Assembly (NCBI RefSeq): GCF_028705895.1 | Contig: NZ_JAQWCQ010000014.1 | Span: 609 to 64,608, forward strand | From: Massilibacteroides sp. | Lineage (GTDB): Bacteria > Bacteroidota > Bacteroidia > Bacteroidales > Tannerellaceae | Length of the DNA stretch: 64,000 nucleotides | Reading direction: 5' to 3' | Part shown: in pieces, positions 1-10,183 of the stretch | Position numbering within the stretch: position 1 is the first letter of the stretch | How the letters are laid out: each line of letters opens with the position of its first letter | Position numbers and translations under genes: made by a program | The notes under the pieces: generated by a model | The model's input: only the letters and a program-made list of their open reading frames with translations | What the model was told of the DNA's origin: nothing | The model's database searches: none

Positions 1-2712
1 AAATCGAAATCTTTATAACCTACATCAATGCTTCCACCGTAAATAATGTCCGGCCAGGGACTTCCTATATAAGTTTTATCAGCATCAGACAGAATGCCGT
101 CTTTATTTATATCTCTATATTTGAAGTCACCAGCTTGCGCATTGGGTTGAAATTTTGGATCAATTTCACTGTCCGTTTGATATATCCCGTCAACAATATA
201 TCCTTTAAAATAACCAATCTCACGTCCTACTTCTGTATAAGTGGCTGGTAATGATTTGTACCCAGTTACGCTGGCGCCAGTAATAGGTAGTCCAACACCA
301 AGGCTTTTTACCTTATTATCTAAAGTCGATAAATTTCCTGAAATATTCCAAGAAAAATCACCAACAGAACCTGTATAACCTAAGACAAATTCAAATCCTT
401 TGTTTTCTACTGTACCTCCATTGATAGATGGTGCAGATTGGAAACCTGCTTCATAAGAAACTGGTAACGAAACAAGCATATCTTTTGTCGTTTTTACATA
501 GTAATCAACACTCGCTGTGACTTTTCCTCTGAAGAAAGAAGCGTCAATACCTACGTTTGTTTGTTCGCTTGCTTCCCATTTTAAATCTGGATTACCAGGT
601 CTTAAAATTGATGCACCTACGGCTTGACCTTGCGGTATCCCAAAGATGTAATTATCTCCATTATTTCCAATGCGAATTGTACTATAGTAACCAAATGACC
701 CGATATTGTCATTCCCTAATTGACCCCAACTTCCACGCACTTTAAGTGAATTTACAAAAGATACTTCTTGCATGAAGCTCTCTTCGGAGATATTCCAACC
801 AATAGACGTTGCAGGAAACACCCCCCATTTATTATTCGTGCCAAAATTAGATGAACCATCTCGCCTAAGACTTGCGGAGATCATATATCGATCTTTGTAG
901 GAATAGTTTATTCTTCCTAAGTAAGACGCCAATGCGTATTCACCTTTTGTTCCTGTAGAAGTTCTTTCACTTGATTTACTGCCATTGATAACTTGTATCG
1001 TTTCATTCAGGAAGTCTTTTCCTGTCGAAGACAATTGATCAGTTGTGTTTTTCTGTGCAGTTTGCCCAACTAAAGCAGTAATACGATGATCATCAAATAC
1101 TCCTGAATAAGTTAACGTGTTTTCTATAATCCAATTTAAGCCACCATTTCTTCCTTCTGTCAGGGTTGCCTGAAGATTGCGATAATGTCCTCTTTGTACT
1201 TTAGGTTCCCATGTAGTGTTTTTGGTGTTGTAAGCGTCAAAACCAATAGATGATTTAAATTTTAGCCCCTTTATGAGTTCAAGTTCTGCAAATGCATTTC
1301 CGTAAAGTCGTAAGTTAGACATTCTGTTGTCAATAGATTTTTGCTCTTAATACTGGGTTGTCAGCCTGAGATGTAAAATATTTAGCGGAATCATCTATAA
1401 CATCGTCTATCCCAAGATTTGGATACATTTGTTGTGCAAGATTAAATATTCCGATTCTCAAGTCGCTATTTCTTTGACCTTTAGCTCCTGTATGTGTAAA
1501 CGCTAATGTAGAACCGAATTTTAAATAATCATTGGCAACTAAATCGACAGTTAAACGTCCTGTGTATCTTTTATACCAGGTCTCAATAAGTGTACCATCC
1601 TGATCTAAATAACCTAAAGACAAAGATGCTTTTGCGTTTTTTGTTCCACCTGAGATGGATAGATCATGATTTTGCATAAATGCATCTTTGAATACAGCAT
1701 CAATCCAATCTGTCCCTTTTCCTAAAGATTCAGGATTTGCAAATTCTTCAATAGGATCCATTCCTGAGTTTGCGTATAATTCATTCGCTAATGTTGCAAA
1801 TTGTGTAGCATTTAAGAATTTAGGTTTTTTCCATAATTGTTGTACCCCAACATAAGTATTATAATTAACCTTGGCTAATCCTTCACTTCCTCTTTTTGTT
1901 GTTATAATGATAACACCATTTGCGGCTCTTGCTCCGTATATAGCTGCCGCTGCTGCATCTTTAAGGACTTCAATTGATTCTATATCATTCGGGTTAATGA
2001 TAGAAAGACCACTTACGTTGTCTCCGCTTCCACTAATACTCATGTTGCTACCGCCAATAGGTAATCCATCCACAACATAAAGAGGCTCATTACCTCCTGT
2101 AGTACCAACACCACGAATTCTGACAGAAGCGCCTGCACCAGGAGCTCCACTTGATTGATTAATCTGCACGCCTGGAATCTTTCCTTGAATAGAATTAGTG
2201 AAAGAATTTGTTGCTACTTTTATGATATCTCCGGATTTGAGAGAAGTCACTGAACCTGTTAATTCTTTCTTTCGTTGTGTACCATAACCTACTACCACTA
2301 CTTCTTCAAGTATTTGATCATCACCTATAAGAGTAATGTTGAAGACTCTTTGATTTTGAACTTTTAACTCTTGAGTCAAATATCCAATGTATGATACAAC
2401 AAGTATATCATTTTCTTCTACATTCGAAAGTTCAAAGTTTCCATCAATATCTGTAATGCCGCCATTCGTTGTTCCTTTAATGACGATATTAGCTCCGATA
2501 ATAACTTCTCCGTTCACATCTTTTATTACACCGGATATTTTATTCCCTGTTTGAGAACTTGAAGAAGATATTAAGTTTTCAATATTTTCCTGCCCATGTT
2601 TTTCTTTTGCTCCGACTGAAGTGGAAACACTTAGAAGCAAGAAAAGTACCAATAAGCACATTGACTTAAAATGAGTAAGTAAATAATACTTACTTTTACT
2701 CGGACCATTCAT
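1..2712 (-). pseudogene. SusC/RagA-family TonB-dependent outer-membrane transporter, split by a frameshift (N-terminal part 2712..1330; barrel continues in another frame from 1328 to beyond position 1)
   Basis: The ORF-track ORF 1330..2874 has SusC hallmarks: a carboxypeptidase-regulatory-like N-domain (ISGVIKDVNGEVIIGANIVIKGTTNGGITDIDGNFEL) and plug motifs (EEVVVVGYGTQRKKELTGSV; IESIEVLKDAAAAAIYGARAANGVIIITTKRG). The likely true start is ATG 2712 (MNGPSKSKYY plus a hydrophobic signal). The ORF stops at TGA 1332..1330. My hand translation of the minus strand from 1328 to 1, one base out of frame, is open and SusC-barrel-like (NRMSNLRLYGNAFAELELIKGLKFKSSIGFD...LRRDGSSNFGTNNKWGVFPATSIGWNISEE...NPDLKWE). 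Confidence 0.75.
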
Positions 2713-2967
2713 TTTGTTCTTTAATTTAAGGTTAATATTTACACTCTCATCAAAGAAGTTTAAGAGACCGCGGATATAAACTTTTTCTTTAATGAAATCA
2801 ATCTGTTTTCCGAAGAAAAATAATTTAAAAGGTGTTCTCCTGCGTATGAATTTTATCCAATTACGCATAGACAAATGTAGAAGTTCAAAAAGGAGAATAT
2901 ATCACATTTTGCGAATATTAGACCTCATTATGCGTAAATAAAACATTGAAGATCACTTTTGTGAGTC

Positions 2968-3795
2968 TTATTCTAAATCGAAGAGTGTGTAATCGGCTGA
3001 GGGGAAGTCTTTGATTATTTCTTTGGTAATAGTATCGGGAGTGATTACGAATGTGGTGGAAAGGATTTCTGCTTCTATGGGGTTGGCTGTCTTTACTGAA
3101 ACGATCTTTTTTCTTTCAAGGTAATGGCTGGTGTGAGGATCTATTATATGTTTAGGATGTGTGGGGGTATTGCCGGAAGTGGAAAGGCTACTGTCTTTTA
3201 AATTAACAATGTGTAGTGTTTCTTTCGGCTTGTATGGATTCTCTATCCCGATTGGCCAGGTATCTCCATAGGGGTGAGTGCCGATTCCTAAAACTGAGCT
3301 GTTCCCAAAGTTTATTAATGCACACTGAATATCATGACGTATTACTATCTGCTTAATTTTAGCTAAGGCATATCCCTTACCTAAAGCTCCCAAATCGAGT
3401 TCTGTTTCGTTGGCCGTAAATGCGATTGTTTGGGTTTTAGTATCTAACAGAACTGTATTATAGTCTTTCAGGGTAATGTCAAAATATCCTTTGGTTAGTG
3501 TATGATATCGTTTGCAATCAATCAAAAGTTGCCATAATTCATCGCTTACTTTTATCGGTTGCCGGCTTGCCGCTTTATTTATCTTATAAAGTTCACTCTC
3601 GGGGTTAAACTTACTGAATAGACTTTCTAAGCGACAAGTTTCTGCAAGTATTTCTTCCCAGCAAGACTCTGCGCTCTCTTGTCGGCTGTCCACTATCAAT
3701 ACATCCAACCTTGTCCCCATCAGTTTTACTGCCCAGCCATGTAGTAAGTTGGCTGCTTTGTTATACGTAAAATGTGAATCGGGGATAGGTTGCAT
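2968..3795 (-). CDS. apbE: FAD:protein FMN transferase (ApbE family), no recognisable signal peptide
   Basis: 275-aa ORF with ApbE-type motifs in order: KLMGT, FSKFNPESELYKIN, TKGYFDIT, LDLGALGKGYA, WPIGIENP, STSGN, HIIDPHT. Confidence 0.75.
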   Translation of the reverse strand: MQPIPDSHFTYNKAANLLHGWAVKLMGTRLDVLIVDSRQESAESCWEEILAETCRLESLFSKFNPESELYKINKAASRQPIKVSDELWQLLIDCKRYHTLTKGYFDITLKDYNTVLLDTKTQTIAFTANETELDLGALGKGYALAKIKQIVIRHDIQCALINFGNSSVLGIGTHPYGDTWPIGIENPYKPKETLHIVNLKDSSLSTSGNTPTHPKHIIDPHTSHYLERKKIVSVKTANPIEAEILSTTFVITPDTITKEIIKDFPSADYTLFDLE

Positions 3796-3807
3796 CTGTT
3801 TGTGGGA

Positions 3808-4050
3808 TTAGCCTTTCTTTTTGAAAAAAGTCTTTTTAATTAAGGCAAATAGTAATCTGAGAACTAATAATAGTCCGTAGATAGCTATGCTAAGGATAAA
3901 AACCCATAAAAGTTGGGTGTACAACTCTTTAAACTCTGTTTTATAAATAATGATGGAGGCAAGATTCAGTAGAAATGTAAAAACGAAGCAAGCTATCCAA
4001 ATCTTTATTTCTGTCAGTTGCCTTTTAGTTGTTATTGTGATATCTTTCAT
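3808..4050 (-). CDS. Small membrane protein (two hydrophobic helices), unknown function
   Basis: 80-aa ORF packed between the ApbE-like gene and the oxidoreductase gene (12-13 nt gaps). It has two long hydrophobic segments and a basic C-terminus (KKTFFKKKG). No family recognised. Confidence 0.4.
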   Translation of the reverse strand: MKDITITTKRQLTEIKIWIACFVFTFLLNLASIIIYKTEFKELYTQLLWVFILSIAIYGLLLVLRLLFALIKKTFFKKKG

Positions 4051-4063
4051 TGTGCAATAATTC

Positions 4064-5362
4064 TTACAAGTAGGGAATTACATATTCTTGAGGGAATTCA
4101 AGTACTCTTTTTTCTTCCATCGCTTTATTCCCAAGCAATGCTAATATGGATGAATAGTAAGCTTCTTCAACCAGCATAGGCATAGATTTACCGGTAATTA
4201 CGGCAGTACAAAAAGAGGAAACAAGTTCTAAAGACCCGTCATCAGCGGCTCCGGTTGTATTTGATCCGTCATGCGTTTTTATATGGTCTAATATCGGCTC
4301 ACCTTTGGTCGTAGATGCTGTTTCCGGTACCCAACTTGGTCCGGCAAAAGAAACATTGTCGAAAATATTATGCTCTATCTGATTAATCAGTTGTTGTATT
4401 CCCGGGGCAGGTTTCGGTTCTTCCTTATAAAGAAGACCCTGACTCAATTCTAATGTCCCTTTGTTTCCCAGAATCTGTTCGTCCATCCCGTAATGCTTAT
4501 TGGAAATGATGGATTCGAAAGTCATTCTCAAACCGTTTGGATAATGATAAATAACGCTGACACTATCAAAAACCTCGCGACCGTCTTTCCAGAAGATAAT
4601 ATCACCAAAACCGGTGATATAATCCGGTAGAGATTTATAGAGCCAGGTTCCCATCTGAAGTTGGTGAGCCCCTAATTCAGTCATCAGTCCACCCGAACTC
4701 TCACGATATAGCCTCCAGTTTATTTGTTTTTCTAACGAAGGTTCGGGTACAGGCCTTCTCCAGTCGTTATTTCTGTACCAGAAATTTCTAATATCAACAA
4801 CCTCTCCGATTTCTCCCTGATGAATAAGTTCCATTGCCTTCAAATACTTCGGATCGAATAACCGTTGTAATCCAATATAAAGAACCTTTCCTGATTCTTT
4901 ATAAACATCATACATCTCCTTGCATTGTTCGATTGTTCTGGCCATAGCCTTTTCACAAAAGACATGTTTCCCGGCTTTCAATCCTGCTATTGTTATAGGA
5001 GCATGTTCATGCAAAGGAGCAGCAATCAGAATACCATCCACGTTTTTATCCGCAATAGCTTCGTGATAATTCTTATACTGCTTCGCCTTGGGACAAAGGG
5101 CAGCTGCATTGTCTAAATGCGGTTGATATATATCACACAATGCAACAATTTCCGCATGTTTAATCTTAAGTAAATGATTAATGTGATAAAGCCCTCTCGA
5201 GCCTGTTCCGATAATAGCCAAACGAGCTTTTTGTCCTTCAATCAGGTTCTTCTCGTTAGCGTTAGATTGAAAAAAGGGAAAGGAGGATAAGACTAATCCT
5301 CCACCACTCAGAATCCCTACATTTTTAATAAAATCTCTACGTGTCAACAAATCTGTATTCAT
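4064..5362 (-). CDS. Gfo/Idh/MocA-family oxidoreductase with twin-arginine (Tat) signal
   Basis: 432-aa ORF. N-terminus is LTRRDFIKNVGILSGGG (Tat consensus). It has a Rossmann start RLAIIGTGSRG and a family-typical GKHVFCEKAMA motif. Confidence 0.85.
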   Translation of the reverse strand: MNTDLLTRRDFIKNVGILSGGGLVLSSFPFFQSNANEKNLIEGQKARLAIIGTGSRGLYHINHLLKIKHAEIVALCDIYQPHLDNAAALCPKAKQYKNYHEAIADKNVDGILIAAPLHEHAPITIAGLKAGKHVFCEKAMARTIEQCKEMYDVYKESGKVLYIGLQRLFDPKYLKAMELIHQGEIGEVVDIRNFWYRNNDWRRPVPEPSLEKQINWRLYRESSGGLMTELGAHQLQMGTWLYKSLPDYITGFGDIIFWKDGREVFDSVSVIYHYPNGLRMTFESIISNKHYGMDEQILGNKGTLELSQGLLYKEEPKPAPGIQQLINQIEHNIFDNVSFAGPSWVPETASTTKGEPILDHIKTHDGSNTTGAADDGSLELVSSFCTAVITGKSMPMLVEEAYYSSILALLGNKAMEEKRVLEFPQEYVIPYL

Positions 5363-5364
5363 TA

Positions 5365-6699
5365 CTAATAAGTCATTTTTTTCTTTTTAGGCGTCCAAGT
5401 TAGAATTTTATATCCATAAAAAGCGAAAAAAATCAGATAAATATAACATGGAATCAAAATCCAGTATGCTTTTTGTAAACTCCAGATATCCGCATAATAG
5501 CCGTAGATAATCGGCATAATTGCATTTCCACTTAGCCCCATAATTAATAAAGAAGAACCTACTTTGGTAAATCGGCCTAATCCATGTATTGAAAGTGGCC
5601 ATATGCCTGCATAAATCAAAGAATTTGGAAGTCCCAATGCACACAAGAACCAAATAGAAAGATTACTTGCGTGTCCGAGAACAACCACTTCTTTATTTAC
5701 AAGTATTATTGCGATGGAGAAAATCAAGCCCAACGAGCAACAAACTTGTAAAGCTCTTGTTTGCGAAATAAAACGGGGTATAAGAAAAATACCGGCCATA
5801 TAACCAATGATCGTGGCCGTCAGCGTATAAGAAGGGAAGGTTTTTGCTTCAAATAAGTCCATCCCCATTGATCCGGCGTAACTTATAACGGTGTCGATTG
5901 CAACAACCTGCGTGCCAACGTGCAGGAAAAGAGCTACCGCGCCTAAGATCAGATAAGGGAATTGCATTATTGATGTCTTGTGTGTTTCAGAGCCGGTTTC
6001 CTTATTTGTCTCTTCCGGATTAATCTCGGGAAGAACGGAGTAACGTATATAAATTCCGAATGCTAAAAGCCCGGCAGACAGAATAGCATAAGGCTTTATC
6101 ACACGTCTGATCAGTTCATCTAACATCATGTTTTTCGAAACTTCATCTAACGTTCCCGAATCTAAAAGAGTAAACATTTCACTATCTGTGACACGAAGCA
6201 CAACGGCGGCAAAGATTAATGGAGATATAATACCGGCAAATTTATTACATATCCCCATTATGCTTATTCGCCTTGCTGCACTTTCGATCGGCCCGATAAT
6301 AGTAATGTACGGATTAGCCGCAGATTGTAGAATGGTAAGTCCCGCTCCGATAACGAATAATCCGGTTAGAAATATCCAATAGGTACGGGCAAGAGCCGCA
6401 GGGATAAATAATGCCGCTCCCACCGACATACAGATGAAACCATACATTATACCTCGCTTATAACCGATCTTATTTAACAAATAAGCTGCCGGTATAGACA
6501 AACAGAAATAAGCAATATAAAATGCAAAGGCTACGAAATAGGACTCGAAATGAGTCAGCTCACATGCAATTTTGAAATAAGGTATCAGAATCGCATTTAC
6601 CCACGAAACCAATCCGAAAATAAAAAACATGATTCCGATAATAACAATAGCGGCTATCGTATTTCGTTTACTGCCTAATTGATTTTGCACTGGTTCCAT
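5365..6699 (-). CDS. MFS sugar:H+ symporter of the FucP/GluP/NagP (glucose-galactose porter) family; context suggests a GlcNAc/hexosamine importer
   Basis: 444-aa polytopic ORF that aligns by eye along its length to FucP/GluP-type transporters (e.g. GAGLTILQSAANPYITIIGP). It lies between the oxidoreductase genes, downstream of nagA/nagB in the same operon. Confidence 0.8.
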   Translation of the reverse strand: MEPVQNQLGSKRNTIAAIVIIGIMFFIFGLVSWVNAILIPYFKIACELTHFESYFVAFAFYIAYFCLSIPAAYLLNKIGYKRGIMYGFICMSVGAALFIPAALARTYWIFLTGLFVIGAGLTILQSAANPYITIIGPIESAARRISIMGICNKFAGIISPLIFAAVVLRVTDSEMFTLLDSGTLDEVSKNMMLDELIRRVIKPYAILSAGLLAFGIYIRYSVLPEINPEETNKETGSETHKTSIMQFPYLILGAVALFLHVGTQVVAIDTVISYAGSMGMDLFEAKTFPSYTLTATIIGYMAGIFLIPRFISQTRALQVCCSLGLIFSIAIILVNKEVVVLGHASNLSIWFLCALGLPNSLIYAGIWPLSIHGLGRFTKVGSSLLIMGLSGNAIMPIIYGYYADIWSLQKAYWILIPCYIYLIFFAFYGYKILTWTPKKKKMTY

Positions 6700-6748
6700 G
6701 TAGAGTCTGTATTTGTTTTTATAGTTAGTAATAGCTTAAAAGAGAATA

Positions 6749-8089
6749 TTATAATTTCATTTCCCAGCCTTTTTCATACTCTCTGCTCCAGTATTCGATT
6801 GCTTCAGCATCTCGTAGGATACGCCCATTAGCAGGATCAATCCGTAAAGAACGACCTACGCGTTGCGAAATATTACCTAATTGCATGGATAATGTGCTTT
6901 TATGACCGGAAACGATATCAGAATTAAGTTGTGCGCTCTTTCTTATTCCGTCAAAGAAATTATTAATATGTAACGCATCTAAGCTTTCTGCCGGATTCAT
7001 CAGATTACGAGGATCAATGGCTAACTTACTGTTTTGTTCTTTTATTACGTTGTTTTTTTCGTCGAATATTTTATAACTATCACCTCCTGTAATTAACAGA
7101 CTTCCTTTATCTCCATAGAATAAAGCGCCGACGCTGCTATCTTCTATCGTTCTTCCGTTACAACTACGTCCTTCCCAAGAAATTGATTTGGTATTACCAT
7201 ATTCCAGATTAATAATCTGTGTATCCGGCGTTTCCCAGTCGTCTTTATAATAATAACGTCCGCCTGCAGAATTAACCATCGTCGGATATTCCAGATCCAT
7301 TCCCCAACGAAGGATATCCACCATATGTGTTCCATTATTAAGAGATTCGGCTGTTCCCCAACGCCAGAACCAATGCCAGTTGTAATGGATATAATTATCT
7401 TTAAAGGCTACACGTGGCGCAGGTCCCTGCCATAAATCCCAGTCCAACCATTCGGGAACGGGAACTTCTTTTCCGATACCGATCGACGGTCTGTTATTGG
7501 TGTACCAGGCCTTTCCAAAATGCACATTGCCGATTACTCCTTCTTTTATGGACTGAATCCCTTCAATGACATTCGGCCACGAACGCCTTTGATTTCCCAT
7601 TTGTAACACCCGTTTGTATTTAGCCACACCCTGTATCAATATTTCGCCTTCTTCCGGAGCATAACTACAGGGTTTCTCCAGATATACATGCTTTCCAGCC
7701 TGCATCGCTAATAAAGCAGCCGGAGCATGCCAGTGATCGGGAGTCGCAATGACAACAGCATCAATGTCTTTATTCTCTAAAGCCTTTCTGAAATCTTTTT
7801 CGCCTTTGGGTTTACTTTTTTGTACTTTGGCTACTTCGTCACAACATTTGGCTATGGCACGATTGTCAACATCGCAGATACAGGAAACTTCGCAACCTTC
7901 TTGCTTTGCAAAATTAACGGCTAAAGCTCTACCTCTGGAATTAACACCTATGACGGCAACTCTTATTTTATCGTTTGCGCCTTTTATGTTTGTATAACTT
8001 TTGGCACTTACTTCATTTACAAACCCTCCAAGAGAGAGAGTTGATACTCCCAGCGCTGCTGTTTTTATAAAATCACGTCTTGTACTCAT
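6749..8089 (-). CDS. Gfo/Idh/MocA-family oxidoreductase with twin-arginine (Tat) signal
   Basis: 446-aa ORF. N-terminus is STRRDFIKTAALGVSTLSLGG. It has a Rossmann start IRVAVIGVNSRG, then ATPDHWHA and GKHVYLEKPCS motifs. Confidence 0.85.
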   Translation of the reverse strand: MSTRRDFIKTAALGVSTLSLGGFVNEVSAKSYTNIKGANDKIRVAVIGVNSRGRALAVNFAKQEGCEVSCICDVDNRAIAKCCDEVAKVQKSKPKGEKDFRKALENKDIDAVVIATPDHWHAPAALLAMQAGKHVYLEKPCSYAPEEGEILIQGVAKYKRVLQMGNQRRSWPNVIEGIQSIKEGVIGNVHFGKAWYTNNRPSIGIGKEVPVPEWLDWDLWQGPAPRVAFKDNYIHYNWHWFWRWGTAESLNNGTHMVDILRWGMDLEYPTMVNSAGGRYYYKDDWETPDTQIINLEYGNTKSISWEGRSCNGRTIEDSSVGALFYGDKGSLLITGGDSYKIFDEKNNVIKEQNSKLAIDPRNLMNPAESLDALHINNFFDGIRKSAQLNSDIVSGHKSTLSMQLGNISQRVGRSLRIDPANGRILRDAEAIEYWSREYEKGWEMKL

Positions 8090-8126
8090 GGTAATTATAT
8101 TTTAATCGTTGGTATTCTGTCTGGTA

Positions 8127-8897
8127 TTATAAATAAGTTACTTCTTCCAATAGACTTGCACTATCCTTGTCCAAAAAAAGAATGGTCTGTTCTTTAGTTC
8201 TTAGGATAGAAGCCGGACAACGTTCCGAAATGTCACCATTCAATGTCTCATATACGGCTTTTGCCTTCCCTTTATAGGGTACTATACAATAGATGTAAGG
8301 TACGGATAATATTGTTGGGATGGTCAGCGTAAGTGCGTGCGTGGGCACTTTTGATATATCATCAAAACACTTATCATTGACTTGTTGCTGCCTGCACATG
8401 TGGTCCAACTCAACGGCCTTAACTACTTCCTGATCCTGGAAGTCGGCAACATGCGGATCATTAAACGCAATATGTCCGTTCTCTCCAATCCCAATACATG
8501 CAATATCAATAGGGTATTCTTTTAAAAGAGCTGTATAACGTTTGCATTCCTCGTTTAAAACATTACTCCCATCCAAATAAAACACGTTTCTGAATTTAAG
8601 CTGACCAAAAAGTTCTCTTTTCAGAAAATTACCGAATCGTTGAGGGGCGTTTTGTTCTAAACCAATATATTCATCTAAATGAAAAGCATTTACTCTATTC
8701 CAATCAATGTCTTTGTAATTCACCAATTGTCTGAAAAACTCTGATTGAGAGGGGGCGGCGGCAAACAATGCGTTGATCGTGTCTTTCTTTTCTAAAAGAG
8801 TCTTCATTCTCTCAGCAACCTGTGCTGCAGCAGCAATAGACATCTCTTTTGTTGTCGGGTATATCCTTACGTCCAACTTATCTTTAGTAATAACCAT
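8127..8897 (-). CDS. nagB: Glucosamine-6-phosphate deaminase/isomerase
   Basis: 256-aa ORF with the NagB/6-phosphogluconolactonase fold signature GIGENGHIAFNDP, immediately downstream of nagA. Confidence 0.85.
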   Translation of the reverse strand: MVITKDKLDVRIYPTTKEMSIAAAAQVAERMKTLLEKKDTINALFAAAPSQSEFFRQLVNYKDIDWNRVNAFHLDEYIGLEQNAPQRFGNFLKRELFGQLKFRNVFYLDGSNVLNEECKRYTALLKEYPIDIACIGIGENGHIAFNDPHVADFQDQEVVKAVELDHMCRQQQVNDKCFDDISKVPTHALTLTIPTILSVPYIYCIVPYKGKAKAVYETLNGDISERCPASILRTKEQTILFLDKDSASLLEEVTYL

Positions 8898-8902
8898 GTT
8901 TC

Positions 8903-10105
8903 TTATTTGTTTTTTGTATAAATTATTTCCCCTCCAACAATTGTATCTTGAACTGCAATGTCAGAACCAAAGATCACTAAATCTGCTTCTTTCCCAACTT
9001 CGAGTGTCCCTTTTCTTTTTTCAATGCCTAAAATACGTGCCGGATTCTGAGTCATCATCTTGATTGCTTCCGGTAATGATATGCCTGCCTGAGTAATCAT
9101 GGTGCGTATTAGCCTGTCAGCTGTTGCAACACTTCCCGCAAAGGCACTTTTGTCCGGTAGTTTAGCCACTCCATCTTCCACGATTACTTTTTGTCCTTTT
9201 TCTTTGCTTCCCAATAAATATTCCCCGTCAGGCATTCCGGCAGCTCTCATAGAATCTGTACATAAAGCAATCTTATCGTGTGCTTTAAACTTGCAGACAA
9301 ATTTTAGTAAGGGTTCGGGAACATGTATTCCGTCTGCAATGATTTCAACAGACATGTCATCGATCAGATAAGCAGCCTCGATCGCCCCCGCATAACGGAA
9401 AGCATTGCGACGAGTTATTGTTGACATGCAAGAATAGAGATGAGTTACGTGCGTAAACCCGCAATCGAATGCCTTTACTACTTCCTCGTAAATAGCATTT
9501 GTATGTCCAAGCGATACAAGGATATTTCTTCGATGTAGCTCTTTGCCCAATTCCAAAGCCCCTTCTAATTCAGGAGCAATACTCCATCGAACAATATCCT
9601 TTCCTCCGAGTTCTAACAACTCATTGTATTCCTCGGGGTGCGGGTTGCGAAGATATTTAGGATCCTGAGCTCCCCGTTGTGCATAAGAAAAATAAGGCCC
9701 TTCCAAATGCAATCCCAGAAAAGCAGCTCCCTTTGTGTTTTCTGCTTTTGCTTTTCGGTACACTTCGAGAGTCCTGACCAACTCTTCTTTCGTGCTTGCC
9801 AATGTAGTAGGAGTAAGGCTTGTTGTTCCATACCGGGCATGCGTTTGTGCAGCTTTGCAATAAGCTTCAACAGTATTATCCATGAAGTCATGTCCACCTG
9901 CACCATGTGTGTGTATGTCGATAAACCCGGGCGAAACATAATTCCCCTTTGCATCTATCTTTCTATCAGATGTCCTGCATTCTACACATTCTCCTTCCCC
10001 AATATGGGTAATAATACCTTTGCTACATATAATATATCCCGAATTGATAATCCTGTCAGGAAGAATTAATGTTGCGTTTTCTATGATAAGTCGTTTGTCC
10101 AGCAT
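8903..10105 (-). CDS. nagA: N-acetylglucosamine-6-phosphate deacetylase
   Basis: 400-aa amidohydrolase with the metal-binding start GFIDIHTHGAGGHDF and NagA-like length and organisation. It is coupled to nagB by a 5-nt gap. Confidence 0.9.
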   Translation of the reverse strand: MLDKRLIIENATLILPDRIINSGYIICSKGIITHIGEGECVECRTSDRKIDAKGNYVSPGFIDIHTHGAGGHDFMDNTVEAYCKAAQTHARYGTTSLTPTTLASTKEELVRTLEVYRKAKAENTKGAAFLGLHLEGPYFSYAQRGAQDPKYLRNPHPEEYNELLELGGKDIVRWSIAPELEGALELGKELHRRNILVSLGHTNAIYEEVVKAFDCGFTHVTHLYSCMSTITRRNAFRYAGAIEAAYLIDDMSVEIIADGIHVPEPLLKFVCKFKAHDKIALCTDSMRAAGMPDGEYLLGSKEKGQKVIVEDGVAKLPDKSAFAGSVATADRLIRTMITQAGISLPEAIKMMTQNPARILGIEKRKGTLEVGKEADLVIFGSDIAVQDTIVGGEIIYTKNK

Positions 10106-10183
10106 AATGTTCAGATCAGTAACCAGACTTCAAAAATATATGTTTGAGTTTTCTCTACAGGGATAGAATGCGAATGAAAGTTC

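Noticed and set aside
4064-5362. The idea that the Tat oxidoreductase is the flavinylation substrate of the adjacent ApbE-like enzyme (sequence TTGAAD near its C-terminus).
   Set aside because: The motif lacks the terminal Thr/Ser of the [ST]GA[ST] acceptor site and the usual upstream Asp spacing. There is no support beyond adjacency.
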